A stretch of DNA of 27,548 nt from Gammaproteobacteria bacterium (GTDB lineage Bacteria; Pseudomonadota; Gammaproteobacteria; QOAV01): assembly GCA_027067235.1 (NCBI GenBank), contig JALXFQ010000067.1, forward strand, positions 1 to 27,548, written 5' to 3'. Position numbers and translations under genes: made by a program. The notes below the pieces were generated by a model, which made no database searches, was not told the origin of the DNA, and saw only the letters and a list, made by a program, of their open reading frames with translations. Of the stretch, positions 10,884 through 20,750 are shown piece by piece (position 1 is the stretch's first letter; each line of letters begins with the position of its first letter).

Positions 10884-11001
10884 TGGTGGCGACGCCAACC
10901 AGCGGGACTCTGTGCACCCGAAAACACTGCTGTGGCTGCTCCCTTCCGGGCCTGACCAGGTTCACAATGCTTCGTCGCCAGAGGCGCCAACCAACGTCGC
11001 C
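10884..11001 (-). ncRNA. ffs: Small bacterial SRP RNA (4.5S)
   Basis: Minus strand has the domain IV core GGTCAGGCCCGGAAGGGAGCAGCC. 5' GGCGACG pairs with 3' CGTCGCC plus an ACCA tail, followed by a G.U-rich helix; about 118 nt; upstream of dnaX as usual. Confidence 0.92.
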
Positions 11002-11015
11002 CTATGAGGGGCGCG

Positions 11016-11021
11016 ATTATA
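11016..11021 (-). promoter_or_regulatory. sigma70 -10 box of ffs
   Basis: Perfect TATAAT on the minus strand 14 nt upstream of the predicted mature 5' end; no convincing -35. Confidence 0.6.
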
Positions 11022-11200
11022 TATCAGAATTCGATCCGGTGTGTGGAAAAAGACCATGAAAAATAGCTGGTCCGGTGCACGGTATTCTGCTCGCCTGTGT
11101 GGGCCTTTATACAGTTACTTCCGTCTGCCGGCCGGTGGTTTGGAGCTTTCGAGCCTCGCAGCCCGTGCGGGAGCCCGCTCACGGCGCAGCGCCCGCAGCT

Positions 11201-14200
11201 CGGTTCATCCCCACAGGCGTGGGGAACGCTCGATCTGGTGTTTTACAGCAAATTCGCGCAGCGGTTCATCCCCACAGGCGTGGGGAACGCGCGTCCGCGC
11301 TGCGCTGGTCGCGATATTTGCGCGGTTCATCCCCACAGGCGTGGGGAACGCCATGCGACCATAGGTGGCGAGCTGGATCGTCTCGGTTCATCCCCACAGG
11401 CGTGGGGAACGCCAGTTCGTCCGCTTCGGCGCGGATGCTCCCACCGGTTCATCCCCACAGGCGTGGGGAACGCATCACCGTACCAGATGCCAGAACCTTG
11501 ACCGGCGGTTCATCCCCACAGGCGTGGGGAACGCCGAGGGGTTCGACGGCGACTTTTTGCAGGAATCGGTTCATCCCCACAGGCGTGGGGAACGCTTGTT
11601 GTTAATCTGGAAATAGAAGGCGCTGAACGGTTCATCCCCACAGGCGTGGGGAACGCGCCGCGATAGTGACAAGCTCGGGATAAACCATCGGTTCATCCCC
11701 ACAGGCGTGGGGAACGCGGCTGTCTGGTACTGATGCAATAGAAGCATAACGGTTCATCCCCACAGGCGTGGGGAACGCCGCACGGAGAAAGGCCGACAGG
11801 CGCGACGATACGGTTCATCCCCACAGGCGTGGGGAACGCGCCAGCTGATCCGGCTGGCGTTCCGGGTGCGGCCGGTTCATCCCCACAGGCGTGGGGAACG
11901 CCTAACAACGAACCCGTTTTTTTCCAGGAATCTCGGTTCATCCCCACAGGCGTGGGGAACGCCGACGCCCGTCTGGACGCCGCCTCCGCCACCACGGTTC
12001 ATCCCCACAGGCGTGGGGAACGCAGTTTGCAAAATACGACTGGCACCGCATCCGGCGGTTCATCCCCACAGGCGTGGGGAACGCGAAAACATCGCCGAAA
12101 AGGCCATGCTGAAAGGCGGTTCATCCCCACAGGCGTGGGGAACGCTACGACAAGGCGCTGCGCAAGGTCGCCGGTCGCGGTTCATCCCCACAGGCGTGGG
12201 GAACGCACCGGGATCGAATGCCTCAACGCGATATTTACCGGTTCATCCCCACAGGCGTGGGGAACGCGAATGTCAAATATGGCCAAGTCAAATGCGTGAC
12301 GGTTCATCCCCACAGGCGTGGGGAACGCAAACAGTTCACGCGCCCACGCTGGATGCTGGACGGTTCATCCCCACAGGCGTGGGGAACGCTGCTCATCAGT
12401 GTTTTCGGAGGACTGGCGGCGCGGTTCATCCCCACAGGCGTGGGGAACGCAACACTTGTTTAATTAGTGGTTTCTTATCAATGCGGTTCATCCCCACAGG
12501 CGTGGGGAACGCTTCAAGCTTCGCCATTACCTGTCACTCCTCATCGGTTCATCCCCACAGGCGTGGGGAACGCGACATCATCATGCTTTTGCCCTGTTTC
12601 AGTATCGGTTCATCCCCACAGGCGTGGGGAACGCACGACCGAGAACTACCGTTTACGCATGGACGCCGGTTCATCCCCACAGGCGTGGGGAACGCTTTTC
12701 AGCCAGCGCCTTTTTCTCTTCCAACAGCGGTTCATCCCCACAGGCGTGGGGAACGCCTCAGCCTATCTGGGTGAATCAGTTTACTCCGCGGTTCATCCCC
12801 ACAGGCGTGGGGAACGCGACCGCGTCAACAGTCGCCAACGGAGAATTGAGGGTTCATCCCCACAGGCGTGGGGAACGCCCTTGTTTCGTTCCTGCTATTC
12901 TAGCATGTCGCGGTTCATCCCCACAGGCGTGGGGAACGCGGTAGAGACCGGGTTGCACACTGGCCTGAAACTGGTTCATCCCCACAGGCGTGGGGAACGC
13001 TAATAACCATCCTGAATGGGTGGATGCTGTTTCGGTTCATCCCCACAGGCGTGGGGAACGCAAGCCGCCGAGGACGAAAAGACGAAGGAGCTGCGGTTCA
13101 TCCCCACAGGCGTGGGGAACGCTTGGGATGACGTTCGCACCTTTGACGGACGTCCGGTTCATCCCCACAGGCGTGGGGAACGCTAATCAATCGGGGCTTT
13201 TTTTGCAACCTACGTCGGTTCATCCCCACAGGCGTGGGGAACGCCACCTGATCCCTGAGAACACGATGGACAGAATCGGTTCATCCCCACAGGCGTGGGG
13301 AACGCCTGTGCGTGTCCCGGAGGTTCCAAAGATCCCGCGGTTCATCCCCACAGGCGTGGGGAACGCGCCAACTCCATTGACCCGTCGCCTGTTTCCAACG
13401 GTTCATCCCCACAGGCGTGGGGAACGCTGATACTGTGGCTCGACGACGTGCCGCATGATCGGTTCATCCCCACAGGCGTGGGGAACGCAACCAATGATGT
13501 CTCCGGTGGTGCCAATGTTACGGTTCATCCCCACAGGCGTGGGGAACGCCTGCATTTGAGAGAGTGCCATAAGATTTTATCCGGTTCATCCCCACAGGCG
13601 TGGGGAACGCTTTGCCGCCAGCGCCTTGATGTAGTCAGACCACGGTTCATCCCCACAGGCGTGGGGAACGCTTACCGCCGCCAGAACCCTGACTACCGGA
13701 ACCCGGTTCATCCCCACAGGCGTGGGGAACGCCCCTTTTTCCATGTAAAGCGCATGCGCACTATCGGTTCATCCCCACAGGCGTGGGGAACGCGTCCTCG
13801 GCGGCTTCGGCCTGTTTTTTGATGGCGGTTCATCCCCACAGGCGTGGGGAACGCGAGGATGAGCGCTAAATACTGGCGCAAAAAATCGGTTCATCCCCAC
13901 AGGCGTGGGGAACGCGGGATATTCGCCAGATCATTTGCCGCCAGCGCCGGTTCATCCCCACAGGCGTGGGGAACGCGCGTATCGAGACCACCATGCAGGT
14001 TGACTACACCGGTTCATCCCCACAGGCGTGGGGAACGCGCTTCTCTCATCCACTGGCTGCGAGTTTTGACCGGTTCATCCCCACAGGCGTGGGGAACGCG
14101 GCATTTTTATCCTTGACAGTTATAACAATTACGGTTCATCCCCACAGGCGTGGGGAACGCTTGAGAAAACGCGCCGAGGATTGAAGCGTCTGCGGTTCAT

Positions 14201-16295
14201 CCCCACAGGCGTGGGGAACGCCCTTTCTGCCGCACGCTGCGCCTTCCGGCGCTCGGTTCATCCCCACAGGCGTGGGGAACGCGGAGTATTCCGACACCGA
14301 CCGGAACGGTAGTTCGGTTCATCCCCACAGGCGTGGGGAACGCGCAAGTACCGCAACCTGCCTGAAGATTCAATACGGTTCATCCCCACAGGCGTGGGGA
14401 ACGCATTTCATGTTGATGATGATGGCCGGGCCAAAGCGGTTCATCCCCACAGGCGTGGGGAACGCTGTTAGAGTTCGGTCAATTTGGTTGTTTTAGGCGG
14501 TTCATCCCCACAGGCGTGGGGAACGCGCGCCAGTTCTGCGCGCCGGGCCACATCGAACCGGTTCATCCCCACAGGCGTGGGGAACGCGTCGCCTTCGTAG
14601 ATCAGGCGCTTGCAGGTGGCGGTTCATCCCCACAGGCGTGGGGAACGCGCTCTTTTTCGGTTTCGAGTGAGCGGATTACCGGTTCATCCCCACAGGCGTG
14701 GGGAACGCAAAATAGATTGCCCGCGCGTCTGGTGGAATCGCGGTTCATCCCCACAGGCGTGGGGAACGCCGTTTGCTGATGGCGACAGCCAGCTGATCCG
14801 GCGGTTCATCCCCACAGGCGTGGGGAACGCATGACCATAATCATAGACATCGCGCTGGTACTGCGGTTCATCCCCACAGGCGTGGGGAACGCGGTAATGG
14901 CGAAGTTGACAGACAAGCAAAAAGCGGTTCATCCCCACAGGCGTGGGGAACGCTATTGTAAAATCAGCAAATTCAAATACACACTCGGTTCATCCCCACA
15001 GGCGTGGGGAACGCCGCAACATTTTTGTACGTTTCCGGGTATTTTACGGTTCATCCCCACAGGCGTGGGGAACGCTGCCCCGATCTCCTCAGATCAGCAA
15101 TGGCAGACGGTTCATCCCCACAGGCGTGGGGAACGCATCCTCTGCCGCTGGCGGGGATGGTTACTGATCGGTTCATCCCCACAGGCGTGGGGAACGCATG
15201 TTGATTCAATGACTTGGTTCCTATCAAGCCGGTTCATCCCCACAGGCGTGGGGAACGCATCCGCCTGACTACCGAAGGGTTTGATGGCGACGGTTCATCC
15301 CCACAGGCGTGGGGAACGCCGGCACGGATGCGGTGGCGGTGTGCGAGGAGGCGGTTCATCCCCACAGGCGTGGGGAACGCCGTCGCGCCGGTTATGTGGG
15401 CGATTCGTTCATCGGTTCATCCCCACAGGCGTGGGGAACGCATCACCGTGCCGGAGGCCAACACTTTGACCGGCGGTTCATCCCCACAGGCGTGGGGAAC
15501 GCGTACAGCAGAGGATTACGCGGACGCTGTTGAGCGGTTCATCCCCACAGGCGTGGGGAACGCACTGGAACAACCGTTGCAATTAGGGCAAAAAACGGTT
15601 CATCCCCACAGGCGTGGGGAACGCTTCGTATCGTGTCGGCCCCAGCCACGCCCTGACGGTTCATCCCCACAGGCGTGGGGAACGCCTGATTATTGACGTT
15701 GTAATATACGTCTCCTGCGGTTCATCCCCACAGGCGTGGGGAACGCGAAACCATGCAGCCGCGTCCCACGCAGCAGGCGGGTTCATCCCCACAGGCGTGG
15801 GGAACGCCCACTCCGGGACGGGCGTGTCGAGCGGATTCACGGTTCATCCCCACAGGCGTGGGGAACGCACCGGGGAACCGAGGTTGTCATCCTCGGCCAG
15901 CGGTTCATCCCCACAGGCGTGGGGAACGCGCGCACATCATCGCAGGCGCGCAGCGGCCCGACGGTTCATCCCCACAGGCGTGGGGAACGCCCGGAGACGA
16001 CGAGAATACCGCCATCGAATTCCGGTTCATCCCCACAGGCGTGGGGAACGCTCGCCAATCACCAGCCAAAAAAAGTCCCATTCCGGTTCATCCCCACAGG
16101 CGTGGGGAACGCATACTGGCCCTTGACTTCGCGCCAGACGTGGACGGTTCATCCCCACAGGCGTGGGGAACGCTGGGCCATTCCCTCCACTCCAAAGGAC
16201 ATTAACGGTTCATCCCCACAGGCGTGGGGAACGCGCGACGCTCGCGCTCTTTGTCCACTAGGCGGCCGGTTCATCCCCACAGGCGTGGGGAACGC
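11201..16295 (-). CRISPR. Type I-E CRISPR array, 84 repeats / 83 spacers
   Basis: 29-nt repeat GCGTTCCCCACGCCTGTGGGGATGAACCG (transcribed sense) with a CCCCAC/GTGGGG stem. Hand count: 78 spacers of 32 nt, four of 33, one of 31. Leader lies on the cas2 side. Spacers here are numbered S1 from the low-coordinate (oldest) end. Confidence 0.99.
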
Positions 16296-16420
16296 ACCAA
16301 TCGTAACCGATTGGTTTTACTCTGAAAATAGAGCAGAGAAAATTCTACCGATTTTTTCCGCTAAAAATCCGGCGATCTTTTCTGCTCCAAACAGTACTTT
16401 CGAATTGTAAAAGAGCGTGG
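16296..16420 (-). promoter_or_regulatory. CRISPR leader
   Basis: AT-rich gap between cas2 and the first repeat; contains AAAATCGGTAGAATTTT, resembling the GGTAGA motif of I-E leaders, about 50 nt from the repeat. Confidence 0.85.
16304..16316 (-). promoter_or_regulatory. IHF-like site in the leader
   Basis: AACCAATCGGTTA has one mismatch to WATCAANNNNTTR, at -9 to -21 from the first repeat, where IHF binds in E. coli I-E leaders. Confidence 0.6.
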
Positions 16421-17646
<1,226 letters not shown>

Positions 17647-17661
17647 GGGAAGACAACGCCG

Positions 17662-17943
17662 TCACGCTGCCCGATGAATGTGCATATCGACACGGAAACC
17701 CGCCTGCGACAGCATGTTGACCAGCCGATCCACGGTACATTTGTCGATACGCCCCTTGATGACGTCATTAAGCCGGGGTTGCGTCGTACCCAGACGTTGC
17801 GCCGCTTCAGTCTGGGTCAAACCGGAGTGTTCCACATACTCGGCGATCTTCATCATCAACGCGGAGCGCAGTTTCAGGTTTTCCGCCAGAACGACATCGT
17901 CTTCCAACGCATCCCATACGCTTTCATATTGCTTGTCAGTCAT
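17662..17943 (-). CDS. higA: XRE/HigA-like HTH antitoxin
   Basis: 93 aa; SVWDALED...ENLKLRSALM...LTQTEAAQRLGTTQPRLNDVIKGRI helix-turn-helix; ATGA overlap with the upstream toxin. Confidence 0.8.
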   Translation of the reverse strand: MTDKQYESVWDALEDDVVLAENLKLRSALMMKIAEYVEHSGLTQTEAAQRLGTTQPRLNDVIKGRIDKCTVDRLVNMLSQAGFRVDMHIHRAA

Positions 17944-18266
17944 TTTTCCAACCTCTGCGTTAATTGCCTCAACCGCCGCCGCGCCAGCTCGATATCCGGT
18001 TTTGATGTCTTTTGCGTTTTCTTTTGAAACGCATGGAGAACATGAACCTTGTCGCCAAATTTCGCGACATAAATCACGCGATACTGCATGCCCACCTGTA
18101 TTCCTATCTCGCTTACGCCAGCACCAATCGCAGAGAATGGCTTCCAGTTGAGCGGCTCCAACCCACGCTGAATACGATCAATCTCGTAACCTGCTCTCTG
18201 CCGGGCGTTATCTGGAAACGCGCGAATAACCGCCAGAGAATCTCCTTCAAAAGAAACTGATTTCAT
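17940..18266 (-). CDS. higB: RelE/HigB (Gp49-like) type II toxin
   Basis: 108 aa; F.GDSL..IR.FP..AR..AGY, YRVIYVAKF, VLHAFQKKTQKT...DIELAR; toxin-before-antitoxin order. Confidence 0.82.
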   Translation of the reverse strand: MKSVSFEGDSLAVIRAFPDNARQRAGYEIDRIQRGLEPLNWKPFSAIGAGVSEIGIQVGMQYRVIYVAKFGDKVHVLHAFQKKTQKTSKPDIELARRRLRQLTQRLEK

Positions 18267-18285
18267 CTTAAGCGCAATCCTTCGC

Positions 18286-18303
18286 TATATCAAGTTTGAT
18301 ATA
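18286..18303. promoter_or_regulatory. Palindromic operator candidate upstream of the TA module
   Basis: TATATCAA-GT-TTGATATA, perfect 8-bp arms, 19 bp before the higB start. Confidence 0.65.
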
Positions 18304-18312
18304 AACAGGAGT

Positions 18313-18996
18313 TCAAACCCGCCTGACCAGCATCAGGCCGCAGCCGAAGGCTTTGGAACGGCCAAAGCCCAGCTTTAACGCAGCTTGATAAGCCTCTGGC
18401 TCGGTCAGGGTCAGGCTGCCCTGAATGTCCAGGCTCGCGAACTGGCGTTTGTTGGCGTCTCCGGGTTTTCTCACTTTGTGGAACTGGTGGTTGGAAACCA
18501 GACAGTCGCCCGGTTGAAAGCCTTGTTTCTCGCCCTGTCTTTCCAGCCATTTTTTGGCGGCGTCGTGATGGATGACCGAGGGTGGCGGCCAGCTTTCTCC
18601 GCTCGGGTCATTTTTGCGGTATTCGTCGATGGCCGCCTCGATGATGTCACGGCGGATGCGCCGCTTGCTGTGATCGTCGGCCTTGCGGGTGACCACGGCA
18701 TTGACGCGAAGCTGGAATTGCAGGCGGTCGCCCGCCCGCAGGCGCGGCTCGAAAGGCTTGGTTTCGACGATCAGGCTTTCGTTTCCTTCCAGAGGGCGGC
18801 GCGCCGAAAGCAAATAGTAGAACGGCGGCTCGCCAGGCTTGTCCTCGCGCCGGTAGAGAAAGTCGCGCTGTTGATCGGGCGCATTGTCGAACAGACTCCA
18901 GATCATCTGGTGTTCACGGAACAGGTCAGCGGTGACGCCTCGCCGGCACTGACGGCGAATGCCCTCCCGGGTAAAGTGGATACGACTCAGATACAT
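18313..18996 (-). CDS. cas6e: Type I-E Cas6 (Cse3/CasE)
   Basis: YLSR...EHQMIWSLF, L..GDRLQFQLRVNAV, Gly-loop GFGRSKAFGCGLMLV. ATG 18996 or GTG 18999. Confidence 0.95.
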   Translation of the reverse strand: MYLSRIHFTREGIRRQCRRGVTADLFREHQMIWSLFDNAPDQQRDFLYRREDKPGEPPFYYLLSARRPLEGNESLIVETKPFEPRLRAGDRLQFQLRVNAVVTRKADDHSKRRIRRDIIEAAIDEYRKNDPSGESWPPPSVIHHDAAKKWLERQGEKQGFQPGDCLVSNHQFHKVRKPGDANKRQFASLDIQGSLTLTEPEAYQAALKLGFGRSKAFGCGLMLVRRV

Positions 18997-19700
18997 CACT
19001 CACCTCCCAGGCGGACGAATTCTTCGCGCGGCGCAAACTGCCAGCGTTGGCGGCTCAGGGGCTGGTCATAACGTGGCGTATGGAAGTCGTGATCCATGCC
19101 AGATTTCATGTCCGCTTCCCAGTAGTAGCGCGAGGATTTTCCCAGGAGTATCGCCAGCCAGGGGGCGACGCAATAGCTGTCCAGCGCCATTCTGAGATCG
19201 TGCGCGGGAATGACCTCCGGGTTGAGCGGCAATGCGGGCGGACAGGCCTTGCGTCCAAGGTAGAGTGGAAACACCGGTTCCAGTAGGGCGTCATGCAGGC
19301 GGTCCGGGCTGTAGCGTTCGTCCCCGCTGGTGACGGCGACGATGCTTACGGCATCCTGCCGATAGCTACGGAAAGAGAGCATGGTGCCGACCTTGGGTTC
19401 GCGCAGTTCGTCGCGCCGGGTCTGCAAGTGCTGTTGTTTTTTTGCCGATGGCGGTACCTGAATGGTGTGAAAATCCCGCAGGGCCAGGCCGGGCGCGGGC
19501 AGCTTGACGCCAAAGCGGCAAGCATGGCTCAAGGCCCGGTGTTCCGCTTCTTCGTCGCGGCGGATGCCAAGGGCCGCAGCCAGCAGACCCAGCAAGGCCG
19601 AGCGGCTGGGGTGGTCGTCACTGGGGCGCTCCTGCCCCACGGCCTGCCCGCCCCAGGCGGCCAGCGGCGCGTAGAGTTGAAAAACCAGATAGTCGTCCAT
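18996..19700 (-). CDS. cas5: Type I-E Cas5 (CasD)
   Basis: YLVFQLYAPLAAWG, PSRSALLGLLAAALGIRR, LRDFHT, LYLGRKACP. Confidence 0.95.
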   Translation of the reverse strand: MDDYLVFQLYAPLAAWGGQAVGQERPSDDHPSRSALLGLLAAALGIRRDEEAEHRALSHACRFGVKLPAPGLALRDFHTIQVPPSAKKQQHLQTRRDELREPKVGTMLSFRSYRQDAVSIVAVTSGDERYSPDRLHDALLEPVFPLYLGRKACPPALPLNPEVIPAHDLRMALDSYCVAPWLAILLGKSSRYYWEADMKSGMDHDFHTPRYDQPLSRQRWQFAPREEFVRLGGE

Positions 19701-19703
19701 GAC

Positions 19704-20747
19704 TCAGCCCGCCACGAAGTCGATGATGTCTTCGAGCTTATCGCCCTCGCCGGTATGGGCGTTCATGGCGCGCCGTTCGTCAGCGCAATCGCCATACATG
19801 CGGTCGAAGTTGTCGCGCTGTGTCTCCAACGCCTGGATCGCCTGCGCCATCAGGTCGTCGCTGCCGCCCACGGGTTTCAAGAAAGCCACCGACAGACTGC
19901 GGGGTTGCTGACTGCCTTTCTCCGCCAGCAGATAGGAGGTATAGGCGCGGGAAGCGAAACTGTTCTGCTTGCCGGTGGGCGCAACCTTGGCCGCCGCCTC
20001 GGTGAGCGCGGCGATGGCTTTGTTCGCCAGGTCTTCATCCCCTTGCAGGTTCTCCACCAGCCGGTCGCGGTCGATGCAGAGGTACTGGTAAAACACGCCA
20101 GAACTGAAGCCAGCATCGCCCATGTGTCCCGCGCCGGCGTCTTCTTCATGGGTATTGAGATCATCCACGGCGGTGAAGAAGTCGTCCTCGATCTTCACCT
20201 GATTGACGGTGACGGCGTGCGCCACCTGCGCGGCGGCCTCGACGTTGAACGCCGGACTGGAGGCCAGCATGCGGCCAAACAGCGCGATATCCACGGCTTT
20301 GGGTTTTTCACGAAGCAGCGCCAGTTCTTCCTTTTCGGGTTCCCGGTTCTCCGTTGCGAGCGTATCGGCCAACGCCATGACCGCTTGCCACTCCTCGGGA
20401 GAGACATGGGCAAGTTGCTCGATCTCCAGTGGATTTTCCTTTTTGACCTTGCCAAAAACAGCAGCGATGGCGGAGGCCCATTTTTCCGCGTCCTTTTCCT
20501 TGACGCCCGCATCGACCAGCTTTTTGTGTACTTCCACGCCCAGCCGCTTGGTGCGTGTGCCTTTGAACTCGCTCAAGGCATTCTCGAAGTGCTCTGAGGT
20601 ACGCCAGGCCCGCTTGAGGCTTTGCGAGGAAACCCGCAACCGCTCCGCGCCGCCAACGATGGCAGTCTTCGGTCGACCGAGATCATCCCGGTTGAGATTG
20701 GAAGGCGGATAGGCAGTGAGCAGATGCAGTTGGATGAATTGAGTCAT
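19704..20747 (-). CDS. cas7: Type I-E Cas7 (Cse4/CasC)
   Basis: FIQLHLLTAYPPSNLNRDDLGRPKT, RVSSQSLKRAWR, DIALFGRM, DFFTAVDDL, PTGKQNSFA. Confidence 0.97.
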   Translation of the reverse strand: MTQFIQLHLLTAYPPSNLNRDDLGRPKTAIVGGAERLRVSSQSLKRAWRTSEHFENALSEFKGTRTKRLGVEVHKKLVDAGVKEKDAEKWASAIAAVFGKVKKENPLEIEQLAHVSPEEWQAVMALADTLATENREPEKEELALLREKPKAVDIALFGRMLASSPAFNVEAAAQVAHAVTVNQVKIEDDFFTAVDDLNTHEEDAGAGHMGDAGFSSGVFYQYLCIDRDRLVENLQGDEDLANKAIAALTEAAAKVAPTGKQNSFASRAYTSYLLAEKGSQQPRSLSVAFLKPVGGSDDLMAQAIQALETQRDNFDRMYGDCADERRAMNAHTGEGDKLEDIIDFVAG

Positions 20748-20750
20748 GAT

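Noticed and set aside
40-10990. Antisense and alternate-frame ORFs over housekeeping and cas genes (e.g. 2530-3339, 19293-20597)
   Set aside because: Shadow ORFs typical of high-GC coding DNA; no motifs.
11140-11168. Possible degenerate 85th repeat
   Set aside because: About 9/29 identity in the expected register and no stem.
12390-12421. S20 shares CAGTGTTTTCGG with the SRP RNA gene
   Set aside because: Only an internal 12-nt match with no extension; expected by chance with 83 spacers against 27 kb.
14100-14131. S48 contains TTGACA and TATAAC
   Set aside because: The boxes are 2 nt apart, so this is not a sigma70 promoter.
11718-15351. Weaker spacer similarities (S9/S68 GTDA, S6/S12 FxQES, S25/S40, S41/S67, S2/S17)
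   Set aside because: Matches of 11 nt or about 4 aa or less, without end-to-end register; indistinguishable from chance.
11230-16266. Impression that most spacers read as coding sense on the + strand (priming strand bias)
   Set aside because: 32-nt GC-rich pieces are often open on both strands; this needs mapped protospacers.
11041-16410. Many long + strand ORFs across the array (repeating GSSPQAWGT / RFIPTGVGNA / VHPHRRGER)
   Set aside because: Artefact: the repeat has no stop codon on the + strand in any frame.
17925-17942. Spacer S61 resembles the higA start (15/18 nt), a possible self-target
   Set aside because: Two seed mismatches (positions 2 and 4), a TTT flank instead of a PAM and no distal match; both simply encode TDKQ.
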